Below are positions 1 to 8,953 of a DNA stretch of 61,438 nucleotides, piece after piece (positions within the stretch are counted from its first letter, which is position 1; the number at the start of each line of letters is the position of its first letter). This DNA comes from a bacterium (GTDB taxonomy: Bacteria; B130-G9). Location: contig JAGHCW010000202.1 in NCBI GenBank assembly GCA_021160245.1, positions 1 to 61,438 on the forward strand, given 5' to 3'. Under the pieces are notes generated by a model. That model was not told the DNA's origin, did no database searches, and saw only the letters and a list, made by a program, of their open reading frames with translations. The position numbers and the translations under genes were made by a program.

Positions 1-823
1 CACCAACTTTTGAGGATTGCACGGAGTCTCTCTCCTGTTTGACATACGCTGCTTTGCGGAATCCAAGAACATTCCAGTCCACCTTGTGGCCATCAAAAAA
101 CGGGCCGTCAACGCAGGCGAACTTCGTCTCACCGCCCACCTCGACGCGACAGCAACCGCACATGCCGGTCGCATCGACGATTATCGGACTCAGATCGACG
201 CGAGTCTTGACGCCGGCCGGCCTTGTTGCCTCGCAAACGAGTTTTAGCATAAAGGTGCAACCGATCGCGATCACCTGATCAAGCTGCTCTCCTTTTTCTA
301 TCAACATCCTGATGACGTCCGGGGCAAAGCCCTTCAGCCCGCGCGAGGCATCACCTGTGGCGATTATAACTTCATCCGAGTTTCTCTTGAGCTCTTTTTC
401 CAAGTACAGGAGGTATTTGGACCTCGCCTCGATAATTGAGACAACTCGGTTGCCTGCTTTCTTGAAGGCTTTCGTGAGCGGCAGTATCGCCGCAATACCA
501 AAGCAGCCACCGGCAAGAACAACCGTTCCGAAGTTCTTTATCTCCGGAGGGATGCCCAAGGGACCCACAACTGAATACAGAGTGTCGCCTTTTTTGCGGC
601 TGACCAGCTTGCCGCTGGACCGGCCGACTTCGTTGACGACGAAAGTTATTGTCCCCGTCTTCTTATCCCAATCGGAAAGCGTATAGGGCACACGCTCGGA
701 ACGCTCATCAACCATGATGACAATAAACTGCCCCGCCCGCGCCTTGTTGGCAATTGCGGGGGCAAGAACCTTGACCAGATTCGTGTTTGGCGCGGTCTCA
801 GTCTTCTCGACAATGCTATACAT
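1..823 (-). CDS. NfnA-like FAD/NAD(P)-binding oxidoreductase subunit (PyrK/AsrB type with C-terminal 2Fe-2S site); 3' end runs off the window
   Basis: Absent from the ORF track because its stop lies left of the window. My translation of the minus strand from ATG 823 reads MYSIVEKTETAPNTNLVKVLAPAIANKARAGQFIVIMVDERSERVPYTLSDWDKKTGTITFVV...GPLGIPPEI...VVLAGGCFGIAAILPL...GMCGCCRVEVGGETKFACVDGPFFDGHKVDW. The ATG overlaps the stop of the upstream gene (AATGTATAG). Confidence 0.75.
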   Translation of the reverse strand, partial: MYSIVEKTETAPNTNLVKVLAPAIANKARAGQFIVIMVDERSERVPYTLSDWDKKTGTITFVVNEVGRSSGKLVSRKKGDTLYSVVGPLGIPPEIKNFGTVVLAGGCFGIAAILPLTKAFKKAGNRVVSIIEARSKYLLYLEKELKRNSDEVIIATGDASRGLKGFAPDVIRMLIEKGEQLDQVIAIGCTFMLKLVCEATRPAGVKTRVDLSPIIVDATGMCGCCRVEVGGETKFACVDGPFFDGHKVDWNVLGFRKAAYVKQERDSVQSSKVG

Positions 824-3296
824 TTTCGTCCCCGATGATCTTCTCAATTCTCACGGCGGCGCTGTTAGTCAGAAAACTAGCCTGCTCTTTGCCTAGTAGA
901 GCTAGAAGCCGTGGATCTTTGGCCGTCATTCTTGAGACCAAGAGGTCTGGCGGAACGAATTCGTCCACCCGCACAGTGAGTCGTGCTACACCTTTCCCAG
1001 ATACGACGTCAACCTCTTCATCGTTCTTCACATTCAAATACTCGGCCATACTCGGCGATAGCCTCACAAACTCGCTCATACACAAAGAGCGAATTCCACC
1101 CACCAGCTTGCTCAGCCTATGTCCATGCAACAGAAATGAATTGTGCCGGTTCACCAGCAGAAGAGGCCATTCGTTTGAACGTTTCACCTCATCACGCGAC
1201 AAGCCGGGCGCGAGCGGTTGCTCGGATAAGCTAGAGTCCATCTCGGGGCGGTCTTGACCATCAGGGCACTGTTCACGCCCATTTTCGGCTATGCTATTGA
1301 GCTCAGAGTCGCGGGCGCCCAGGGCTTTTGCCAGCATAGACATTATCTCGCACTCAGGTTTCGATTGGCCCCTTGGGCTGACCGCGCGGCGGAGCTCGTG
1401 CAGCGTGCCATCAACGGCGGTGAAGGCGCCTTCCTTCTCCGTGAATGCTGCCGCCGGCAAAACAACATCCGCAAACGGCGTATATGACCCGTCATAGCTG
1501 TCGATAACTGTAAGAAAGTCCAAATCCTGAAGTGGATTCGGCCATTCCGGGCTTAATCTAGGCACCAGGTCCCCGATCATCACAAGCGCTTTTACGCGCT
1601 TCGCCTCAATATCCTGCATTATCTTAAGCCAGTGCGCGTCGAAGTCCTTGGTGGACCTTGTGAAGCATACCTCACAGCGCTTTGTGTCCGAACTCAGCAA
1701 ATCGCAAAGGTCCGAAAGAAGTCCCTTGAAGTGTTTATGAGCGTTCTCGGCGCCAACCTCGCGGCCCACAACAACCAGCGTCGATGAGGCCTCACGGAGC
1801 ACGTCTGCGGCTTGCTGCAAAGTCTCCTTGTCCGTTCCGACATGCGAGAGAATCTCCTCAAACAAGAGCTTGAAGGCCCACTTCGGCAAATGCTTAACTC
1901 GTCTGCGACTCTTCATGTCCTTCTCAATCACCGCCCAAATCAAGCTGGCAACCGCCCAGGAGAAATCGCCGGGCGTTACGGGCATCTTTGCCGAGGCGAA
2001 CTTGTCAAGGAACGTCGGAACTGTATCCAAAACCAGCAGCTTCGCGCCTCTATCCACAGCTCGCTTGACGTTATGACCAAGAATTGGATGTGTCTGGACA
2101 AGATCGGCGCCGATGAGTAGCACACAATCACCCTCTGACAAAGACCCGAGACTCGCGTCAAATGAGCCCCATTCCTTGGGCGGGACGCGGTGTGGATAGT
2201 TCTCAGTTCTAAGAACTGAAGCGGCAAAACCTCGACATGCGTTCGCCTCCTCATCGGTCAGCAATCCTGGATATAGCAACGCTATTTCGGACCCTTCGAA
2301 TCTTGAGATGCCTTCTGCAGCCTGTGCTAACGCCTTGTCCCAGCTCGTCGTGATCAGCTGGCCGACCTTCCGGACAAGTGGTTTGGTAATACGGTTACTA
2401 GAATTGATGAGCTCTGCCACGCCAAATCTGCCTAATACACAGACTTGACCGCCATTGACGCCGCCGGCTTGCGATGCTTGTGTGCTTACTACCCTGTTGT
2501 TTGACGCCGAGACCTCTATGCTGCACCCGACCGTGCAGAGTGTGCAGGTGGTCTCGACCGTCTTATCGGCCGGAGGTTCCCATTTGCTCGTGCGGTCAGC
2601 AAGCGCGCCCGTCGGACATGCATCAACACACGCCCCGCAGAACCGGCAACCCATATCCAAATGTAGATGATTAAATGCCGTGCCGACTCTCGTTTTTGGG
2701 CCTCGATTTGCGAAAGCAAGCGTGTAAACCCCACGCACCTCTTGACAGGCACGAACGCATCGCCCACATAAAACGCAGAGGTTGTAGTCCCGGTCGAAGA
2801 AGGGATCGAGCCTCTCCAGAGGAAGGTCCTTATACAGAGGTTCGAGCCTGACGTGGTCCAAACCGATCTTATCAACCAGCTCGCGCAGCTCGCACTTCTC
2901 TTTGTTTGGGCAGAGCATACATCCGGTGACCCGTCCGGCCTTCGTCAGATGTCCGGGACCCCGGAAGTCCTCGCATTGCTGTTGCCGACTGCAGAATAGA
3001 CAGCCGGTTGGATGCTCGGATAATATGAGCTCAAGAACCACTCGGCGATGCGCCTTCACGCTCTCAGTATTCGTTCGGACGACCATGCCATCGGAAGCAG
3101 GTGTGATGCACGAGGCAGGAAAGCCCCGCATACCCTCAACCTCGACTATGCACAACCTGCAGGCGCCGTAGGAAGATAGCCCTTCCTTGTGGCAAAGCGT
3201 CGGCACATCGATCCCGAGCGACCTTATCGCCGAAAGTAGGCTGGTTCCCTCTTCAACCTCAACCTCAATCCCATCAATCGTCAGATTGGGCGCCAC
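816..3296 (-). CDS. NuoG/FdhA-fold Fe-S subunit: N-terminal 2Fe-2S and 4Fe-4S clusters plus a molybdopterin-oxidoreductase-like domain with no recognisable active-site Cys/Sec
   Basis: ORF 816..3338. Motifs: LCHKEGLSSYGACRLCIVEV (2Fe-2S); CVLCGRCVRAC and CRFCGACVDACPTGAL (4Fe-4S); TTCTLCTVGCSI (MopB-type cluster); C-terminal molydop-binding-like barrel. I prefer GTG 3296, preceded by GGAAGGAGAG right after the TAG of the NuoF-like gene, over ATG 3338, which would overlap by 31 nt. Confidence 0.8.
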   Translation of the reverse strand: MAPNLTIDGIEVEVEEGTSLLSAIRSLGIDVPTLCHKEGLSSYGACRLCIVEVEGMRGFPASCITPASDGMVVRTNTESVKAHRRVVLELILSEHPTGCLFCSRQQQCEDFRGPGHLTKAGRVTGCMLCPNKEKCELRELVDKIGLDHVRLEPLYKDLPLERLDPFFDRDYNLCVLCGRCVRACQEVRGVYTLAFANRGPKTRVGTAFNHLHLDMGCRFCGACVDACPTGALADRTSKWEPPADKTVETTCTLCTVGCSIEVSASNNRVVSTQASQAGGVNGGQVCVLGRFGVAELINSSNRITKPLVRKVGQLITTSWDKALAQAAEGISRFEGSEIALLYPGLLTDEEANACRGFAASVLRTENYPHRVPPKEWGSFDASLGSLSEGDCVLLIGADLVQTHPILGHNVKRAVDRGAKLLVLDTVPTFLDKFASAKMPVTPGDFSWAVASLIWAVIEKDMKSRRRVKHLPKWAFKLLFEEILSHVGTDKETLQQAADVLREASSTLVVVGREVGAENAHKHFKGLLSDLCDLLSSDTKRCEVCFTRSTKDFDAHWLKIMQDIEAKRVKALVMIGDLVPRLSPEWPNPLQDLDFLTVIDSYDGSYTPFADVVLPAAAFTEKEGAFTAVDGTLHELRRAVSPRGQSKPECEIMSMLAKALGARDSELNSIAENGREQCPDGQDRPEMDSSLSEQPLAPGLSRDEVKRSNEWPLLLVNRHNSFLLHGHRLSKLVGGIRSLCMSEFVRLSPSMAEYLNVKNDEEVDVVSGKGVARLTVRVDEFVPPDLLVSRMTAKDPRLLALLGKEQASFLTNSAAVRIEKIIGDENV

Positions 3297-3307
3297 ATCT
3301 CTCCTTC

Positions 3308-5101
3308 CTAGACAACATGGATAGCTCCAAATTTGCACGCCTCAACGCAAGCGCCGCACCTGATGCACTTTTTGGTATTGATCTTGTGAACCTGTTTCTT
3401 CATTCCCGACACGGCTTCAGTCGGACAGACCCTGAGGCACGCTCCGCAACCTACGCATTTGTCCTTGAGAATGCTATATGTTATGAGTTTCCGGCAGAAT
3501 CCAGCTGGGCATCGATGCTCCTTAATATGGGCGTCGTACTCATCCCGAAAGTATTTTATTGTTGATAGCACAGGATTGGCTGAAGTCTGCCCAAGACCAC
3601 ACATGGACGTCTTTTTTATCACCCCACCGAGCTCCTCAAGAATCTCTACATCCCCCTCCTTGCCCTTGCCCTCGCAGATGCGGCTAAGTATCTCACGCAT
3701 ACGCTGAAGACCTATCCGGCAGCTGGAGCATTTGCCGCAAGATTCCTCTGCAAGAAAGTCTGTAAAATACCGGGCCATGTCAACCATGCACGTCCCCTCG
3801 TCCATCACGACTAAGCCGCCCGAACCCATCATAGAACCCACGCTCCCAAGACTCTCAAAGTCGATTGGCATGTCCATGAGAGAAGCCGGCAAGCAGCCTC
3901 CCGAAGGGCCACCGATCTGGACGGCCTTGAACTCCCGGTTGTCAAGTATGCCCCCGCCGATCTCAAAGATGATCTCCTTGACGCTTATGCCCATTGGGAC
4001 CTCTACAAGGCCGGTGTTGTTGACCTTCCCAACCAGCGAGAAGAGCTTGGTCCCCTTGCTACGCTCCGTGCCAATCCCAGAGAACCAATCCCCACCTTTC
4101 AGGATGATCTGAGCCACATTGGCCCAAGTCTCCACGTTGTTTATATTCGTCGGTTTGCCCCAAAGACCACTCTGCGCTGGAAATGGGGGTTTGGGTCTTG
4201 GTCTTCCCACCTTCCCCTCAATGGAACTAATCAGCGCCGTTTCCTCGCCGCAAACAAACGCCCCAGCGCCTCGAACGATGGTGAGGTGGAAGTTTAGACC
4301 GGTACCCAATATGTTTTCCCCAAGAAGCCCATTCTCCTCGGCCTGATTGATGGCCTTCTTGATGCGCTCAAGCGCAAGAGGGTATTCCGCCCTAACATAG
4401 ACTACCCCATGCTCGGCGCCGATTGCCTTGCCTCCGATGGCCATTCCCTCAATGAGCGCGTGCGGATCGGCCTCGAGAATACTCCTGTCCATGAACGCTC
4501 CGGGGTCGCCCTCATCTGCGTTGCAGATAACGTATTTCGGTGTATCCGCCTGGGCCTTGCATATCTCCCATTTCTTGAATGTAGGAAAACCGGCGCCGCC
4601 TCGACCCCTAAGTCCAGATGTCTTGAGCTCCTCGATTACTTGCTCCGGACTCATCTCTGTCGCGGCTTTTGCAAGCCCCAAATACCCATCAAACGCAATG
4701 TAATCCTTGATATCCTCGGGATTGATGCGCCCCCTATTGCGAAAGGCGATGAGTTTCTGGCGTCCAAAGAAATTGATGTCCTTCATTGCCGGGACTGGCG
4801 TTTCCTCACCGGGCGGAACGAACATTAGTCGAGGCACAGGACGACCCTTGAGGCAATGCTCCTCAACTAAAAACGGGATATCCTCGACCCTAATACGCTG
4901 ATAGAGGATGTCCTCGGGCTGAAAAAGAAGCAGCGGCCCATTCTGACAGAACCCATTGCAGCCCGTCGGAACCACGAGAATCTCTTCCTGCAATTCGTGC
5001 AGCTTGAGCTCTTTGTTCAACGCGGAGATGATCTCAAAGGCGCCCGCCGACACACAGCCCGTTCCTGTGCATACTAGAATGTGTGTTCTCTCTGCCTTCA
5101 A
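3308..5101 (-). CDS. NuoF/HydB-type NADH-binding FMN flavoprotein subunit with N-terminal thioredoxin-like 2Fe-2S domain and C-terminal 2x[4Fe-4S] domain
   Basis: 597 aa. Motifs: GLRGRGGAGFPT; ESCGKCSSCRIG; CVGCGACLRVCP and CIRCGACVEACKFGAI. N-terminal ILVCTGTGCVSAG...GCNGFC. Confidence 0.9.
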   Translation of the reverse strand: MKAERTHILVCTGTGCVSAGAFEIISALNKELKLHELQEEILVVPTGCNGFCQNGPLLLFQPEDILYQRIRVEDIPFLVEEHCLKGRPVPRLMFVPPGEETPVPAMKDINFFGRQKLIAFRNRGRINPEDIKDYIAFDGYLGLAKAATEMSPEQVIEELKTSGLRGRGGAGFPTFKKWEICKAQADTPKYVICNADEGDPGAFMDRSILEADPHALIEGMAIGGKAIGAEHGVVYVRAEYPLALERIKKAINQAEENGLLGENILGTGLNFHLTIVRGAGAFVCGEETALISSIEGKVGRPRPKPPFPAQSGLWGKPTNINNVETWANVAQIILKGGDWFSGIGTERSKGTKLFSLVGKVNNTGLVEVPMGISVKEIIFEIGGGILDNREFKAVQIGGPSGGCLPASLMDMPIDFESLGSVGSMMGSGGLVVMDEGTCMVDMARYFTDFLAEESCGKCSSCRIGLQRMREILSRICEGKGKEGDVEILEELGGVIKKTSMCGLGQTSANPVLSTIKYFRDEYDAHIKEHRCPAGFCRKLITYSILKDKCVGCGACLRVCPTEAVSGMKKQVHKINTKKCIRCGACVEACKFGAIHVV

Positions 5102-5179
5102 TGCTCTCTTCCTCGGATATGTATCAAACTCACACGAATCGCTAGTGGGATAGTATCGCCTTCCTTTAATCCAAAACGT

Positions 5180-5734
5180 TTAACCCAATTTGCCCATACT
5201 AGGCAAGTCAGTTACCTCATCAAGCATTTCCCGAACCAATCGGACCGTTCGAGTATCACTGGTCAAGGCGGAACCTGTCAACCTTTTGACCTCCCTTGTG
5301 TCGAAAGTAAACGCCCGCTCGCACGTTCTATGCTCGTAAATAATATCGACCTCTGGCGCTCCAAAAACAAGTGACAATAAAGTGGACTTCATGTCCCCGA
5401 GAGGCATCCTGTCAACGCTGCTGAGCGCAAAGCTCGCAACGACAACGGTCCCCTCTCCAAGAACCGAATCAATGCTGAACTCCCCGCCCGCATCCTCGGC
5501 CGCCTGAGCAAGAAGCGAGAGCCCCAAACCAACCTTCTTGTTCGCCTTCGTCGTAACGAATGGATCAACGACACGGCTGAGCATCTCTTTTGTCATCGCC
5601 TTGCCATTATCCGCTATCGAGATGGTCAGCAGGTCACTCTCAAAGTCCTCTGCGATCAGTATCTTAATTAGCGTCGCATCGGCTGCCACTGAATTTTGGA
5701 CTATATCAAGAACGTGCATCGAGAGCTCAAGCAT
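5180..5734 (-). CDS. stand-alone GHKL (histidine-kinase-like) ATPase
   Basis: 184 aa. Motifs: VLDIVQNSV, ISIADNGKAMT, VGLGLSLL (HATPase N/G-box-like). It sits between the PHP and NuoF-like genes. Confidence 0.65.
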   Translation of the reverse strand: MLELSMHVLDIVQNSVAADATLIKILIAEDFESDLLTISIADNGKAMTKEMLSRVVDPFVTTKANKKVGLGLSLLAQAAEDAGGEFSIDSVLGEGTVVVASFALSSVDRMPLGDMKSTLLSLVFGAPEVDIIYEHRTCERAFTFDTREVKRLTGSALTSDTRTVRLVREMLDEVTDLPSMGKLG

Positions 5735-5745
5735 CTCATTGAAGC

Positions 5746-6495
5746 TCAGTTAATGAGCTGTCTCCCTTCAACGCCTCTTAAGGCCATCCTAATCTCGGCT
5801 AGAGTCGGCGCCTCGACCACAAGCTCGTTGCTGAACTTGCCAATGTCTTCTTTGAAATGGGCGTCAGAATCACGAAGGACAGGGAAATCAAGAGTGCAAC
5901 CGAACCTATCCCTAACCTCCTTCAAAGTTGTCTTGCTGGTCAATTCGACGGCGTCGAGCTCAAGCGACTCTGGCATGAAACCAAGCTGATACAAAAGGCC
6001 GAATCGCTCTCGCTCTATATGAGCCGCAACGGCCAAGCCTCCTAACTTGTGAACGGCCGCTACGACTTGGTCAACTGACATATCTGTGGCGCCGATCAGA
6101 AGCCTCTCATTCTCCGAAACTACATAATCAAACTGGTCAACCGCGAACTGATACCCGAATAGCTTCTCATCGTTCTGGCCGGATATCAGGTGTTCGTAAA
6201 CGACCTGTTGAACTTCAAGCGCCGACTTACATGTCTCGAATATCCCAAGAACGTGAACCTCCTCTGCGCTCGTTATCTCAATGCCCGGAAGCACAGATAG
6301 CGGAAGAGATTCGGCTGCGGCAACCGCTGCCTCAACGTTCTCCGCAGAATTATGATCGCTGATGGCGATCAGGCCGAGGCCGCGTTTAAGGGCCGCCTCA
6401 ACAATCGTTTTCGGCGTCATAGTGTCATCGGCACAAGGTGAAAGACAAGTATGCACATGAAAGTCGGCCATAAGCCTCAGCATTCCTTTTGGCAC
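5746..6495 (-). CDS. PHP-domain metal-dependent phosphoesterase
   Basis: 249 aa. Motifs: ADFHVHTCLSPCADD, AISDHNS, VAAHIERE, DSDAH. Confidence 0.8.
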   Translation of the reverse strand: MPKGMLRLMADFHVHTCLSPCADDTMTPKTIVEAALKRGLGLIAISDHNSAENVEAAVAAAESLPLSVLPGIEITSAEEVHVLGIFETCKSALEVQQVVYEHLISGQNDEKLFGYQFAVDQFDYVVSENERLLIGATDMSVDQVVAAVHKLGGLAVAAHIERERFGLLYQLGFMPESLELDAVELTSKTTLKEVRDRFGCTLDFPVLRDSDAHFKEDIGKFSNELVVEAPTLAEIRMALRGVEGRQLIN

Positions 6496-6827
6496 CGTAG
6501 TCCTGAGCCGTAAAGCCTGCCGGCGACCTCGTATGCCGAGAGCTTCGTCGTAAATATCGGTATCTTGTGCTCATTGGCCTTCTCGAGCGTCTCAGGCTGC
6601 GGCCTTCGGCCATTGACCACAATAACTCCACCCAACGCCAAGAACTCGGATACAGCGGCTATGTTGGGGTGGATGTGGATGGTTATCCACAAGTAGCCCT
6701 CTTTTGAATTGGCCATAACGTCGCTGAGAATGTCGCTGACATAGCAGCCTGTAACCTCGCAATCAAGAGAGCAGTTTGTTGTACACATCTCAAGCTCAAG
6801 CGCATCAGCTATCTGTGAGAGTCTCAT
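6477..6827 (-). CDS. DRTGG-domain-like small protein
   Basis: 116 aa, and a paralogue of ORF 8585..8938 with the same layout (...VSDILSDVM...LWITIH...IAAV...GVIVVNGRRP...ANEHKIPIF). Its end overlaps the PHP gene start by 19 nt. Confidence 0.6.
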   Translation of the reverse strand: MRLSQIADALELEMCTTNCSLDCEVTGCYVSDILSDVMANSKEGYLWITIHIHPNIAAVSEFLALGGVIVVNGRRPQPETLEKANEHKIPIFTTKLSAYEVAGRLYGSGLRCQKEC

Positions 6828-6855
6828 CGCCCTTTACATGCCTCCTCTTTTTGCC

Positions 6856-8124
6856 TCACTCACTGCGTCCGTCTGCCCTTATGAATACACAATCCTCGAT
6901 CTTGGCGTGCCCCCGGACGATGTCGTCGGCGAGAGTCATGCAGTCAGGCGCCCCGCACGCCGCGCAGTTTTTACCGGGCAGCTTTCGGAATATATCTTCC
7001 CTAAGCCGCATCTTGCCAATCGCAAATGAAGTATCTGCATCAAGGGGAGGAATCGCGGCCGGAAGAATCGCCTTTGAAAGGCGAAAATGCTCTCGCTCAT
7101 GTCCGCCGGCCTTCATCATATCCTCAATATCCGGCCTGGCGCCGAACAGCTTCACAAACTCGGTGATTGTGTTGCTGGCTATGAAACGGTTCTGGACGGT
7201 GAGCGGCCCGCCTATGCAGCCACCGGGACATATCTGGCACTCCAGATACTTGATATGTCTGAGCTTGCCTCTTTCGAGGTCTTTCAGAATCTTAATCGTA
7301 TCCATAACGCCAGAGACGGCGAGAGTCTCCTCTATTCCCAAATCCGCCACCTCTCCGCCAGCCCGCCCGAACCCAATCCCGGCCCCGGATGAGTGGTGCA
7401 TTGACCTGGCCTTCCTATCGCTCTTGGCTTGTTTCAAGGCCACAAGCATAGATCCATAGACCTCCGAGATGCCGACCGCTCCGTCAAGAGAAGACCTCTC
7501 CGCTGTGGGGGGATTGATCATCGCCGCAAGCTTGGCCAAGCAGGGAGTGATGTGGATTACGCCGATCTCATCCTCCGGGATATTAAGTCTTCCGGTCACA
7601 TCCGCCTTGATGGCCTTGGCCGCAACCTCTCTGGGTGGCCGGAATGGCAAAATCTGTCCAGTGAGGGCTGGGAACATGAGCTGTATTAGGCGTGTAACCG
7701 CCGGACATACGGGCGAGATAAAGGGCTCCCCAGCGTAATTCTCCTCTATGTAGCTCTTAACGTCTGCAAAAACAAGTTCACAGGCGTACGCTTTGTCATA
7801 AGCCAAATCGAAGCCAAGTGAGAGAAGGGCCTGGAGGACATCCTCGGGCAGCGTGCTCGGCCCAAATTGCGAGTAAAGGGCCGGGGAAGGAAGGGCAACC
7901 TTATACTTGAACGTGCTTACGTCTGTGTGGGTTGTGGTGACCGGCACGATCGCACGTTGCGGGCAAACACGGTAGCACTCTCCGCAATCAATGCACCTTT
8001 CAGGAAGAACCTGCGCTACATTGTCTCTGACGCGTATTGCCTTCGCGGGGCAAGCCCTCGTGCACTCAACACAACCGGTGCACCGGGCTGGGTCAACTCT
8101 CAGCGCATGGTCGGGAATCCTCAC
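6856..8124 (-). CDS. HydS-like (putatively sensory) [FeFe]-hydrogenase-fold protein with N-terminal 2x[4Fe-4S] and an extra C-terminal Cys cluster
   Basis: 422 aa. Motifs: CTGCVECTRACP and CIDCGECYRVCP. H-cluster-motif equivalents are ISPVCPAV (canonical TSCCP), ITPCLAKL (MPCxxK) and LECQICPGGCIGGP (ExMxCxxGCxxGG). C-terminal GKNCAACGAPDCMTLADDIV...EDC. Confidence 0.8.
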   Translation of the reverse strand: MRIPDHALRVDPARCTGCVECTRACPAKAIRVRDNVAQVLPERCIDCGECYRVCPQRAIVPVTTTHTDVSTFKYKVALPSPALYSQFGPSTLPEDVLQALLSLGFDLAYDKAYACELVFADVKSYIEENYAGEPFISPVCPAVTRLIQLMFPALTGQILPFRPPREVAAKAIKADVTGRLNIPEDEIGVIHITPCLAKLAAMINPPTAERSSLDGAVGISEVYGSMLVALKQAKSDRKARSMHHSSGAGIGFGRAGGEVADLGIEETLAVSGVMDTIKILKDLERGKLRHIKYLECQICPGGCIGGPLTVQNRFIASNTITEFVKLFGARPDIEDMMKAGGHEREHFRLSKAILPAAIPPLDADTSFAIGKMRLREDIFRKLPGKNCAACGAPDCMTLADDIVRGHAKIEDCVFIRADGRSE

Positions 8125-8569
8125 ATCTCACCTCACCATGATTGGCCTTAATCACAATCTCAACTCTAGTTCCCTCGCCTAAGGTAGAGCTTATCTTCAT
8201 CTCATCGCTGTTCTTCTTGATGTTTGGAAGACCCATACCGGCGCCGAATCCCATTTCCCGAATCTCGTCCGTAGCTGTCGAATATCCATCCCGCATCGCC
8301 AATTCGATGTCAGGGATACCTTGGCCTCGGTCCGCAACGACTATTACTATCCGATCTGGCGTGACTGTCAGCTCGAGACCGCCATCATCAGCGTACATCA
8401 CGATGTTCATCTCCGCCTCATAAGCTGCTATGCCGGCGCGCCGCACTATGCTCGGGGGAAATGCCAGTTCTTTGAGTATCTCAAGTATCCTGCACGACGC
8501 CTCGCCCCCTCTTACGAAGTCGCCGCCTTCTACTTCAAATCCCTGATTGAAAACGGTCTCGGCTATCAT
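8093..8569 (-). CDS. RsbW/SpoIIAB-like anti-sigma-type Ser/Thr kinase (GHKL ATPase)
   Basis: 158 aa. Motifs: AAYEAEMNIV, VADRGQGIPDIELAMRDGYST, GFGAGMGLPNIKK. Confidence 0.7.
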   Translation of the reverse strand: MIAETVFNQGFEVEGGDFVRGGEASCRILEILKELAFPPSIVRRAGIAAYEAEMNIVMYADDGGLELTVTPDRIVIVVADRGQGIPDIELAMRDGYSTATDEIREMGFGAGMGLPNIKKNSDEMKISSTLGEGTRVEIVIKANHGEVRCEDSRPCAES

Positions 8570-8584
8570 TCCTAGGGCCCCAGA

Positions 8585-8938
8585 TTATTCAGTATGAGTC
8601 CCCGCAAGCCCAATCTTCGCCAACTCCGAGCACAGCTCAAACATGTGCATAGATGTGCTCAGAAGTGGGATATGCATCTTCTCTGCGAGCTCGATAGTCT
8701 CCGCGTTGGGTCGCTTGCCCCGAACAACAATTATCCCCGAAAGGTCCGCTATCTGTGCGGTCCGAATAATCTGCGCGTTAGTAAGCCCTGTTACCAGCAG
8801 TATCCCGGGCTTAGCAAAGGCCAAAACATCGCTCATAAGGTCGCACGCGCTGACAGTCACAACCTCCCGATCCGGGAGGCACTGCGCTCCGGCAAGCACC
8901 TCGACCTCGACAGCTTCAATTATGTCCTTTAAGCGCAT
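8585..8938 (-). CDS. DRTGG-domain-like small protein
   Basis: 117 aa, a paralogue of 6477..6827 (CDLMSDVLAF...LLVTGL...IIRTA...GIIVVRGKRP...AEKMHIPLL). Confidence 0.6.
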   Translation of the reverse strand: MRLKDIIEAVEVEVLAGAQCLPDREVVTVSACDLMSDVLAFAKPGILLVTGLTNAQIIRTAQIADLSGIIVVRGKRPNAETIELAEKMHIPLLSTSMHMFELCSELAKIGLAGTHTE

Positions 8939-8953
8939 TTGACCTTCTTCTAA

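Noticed and set aside
816-3338. Calling the 840-aa protein a formate dehydrogenase alpha subunit
   Set aside because: There is no Cys/Sec-His active-site pair at the expected place after the MopB cluster, and no in-frame TGA. I kept the call as NuoG-like.
6776-7459. 227-aa plus-strand ORF
   Set aside because: It is antisense to the HydS-like gene. The sequence is low-complexity and Ser/Pro-rich.
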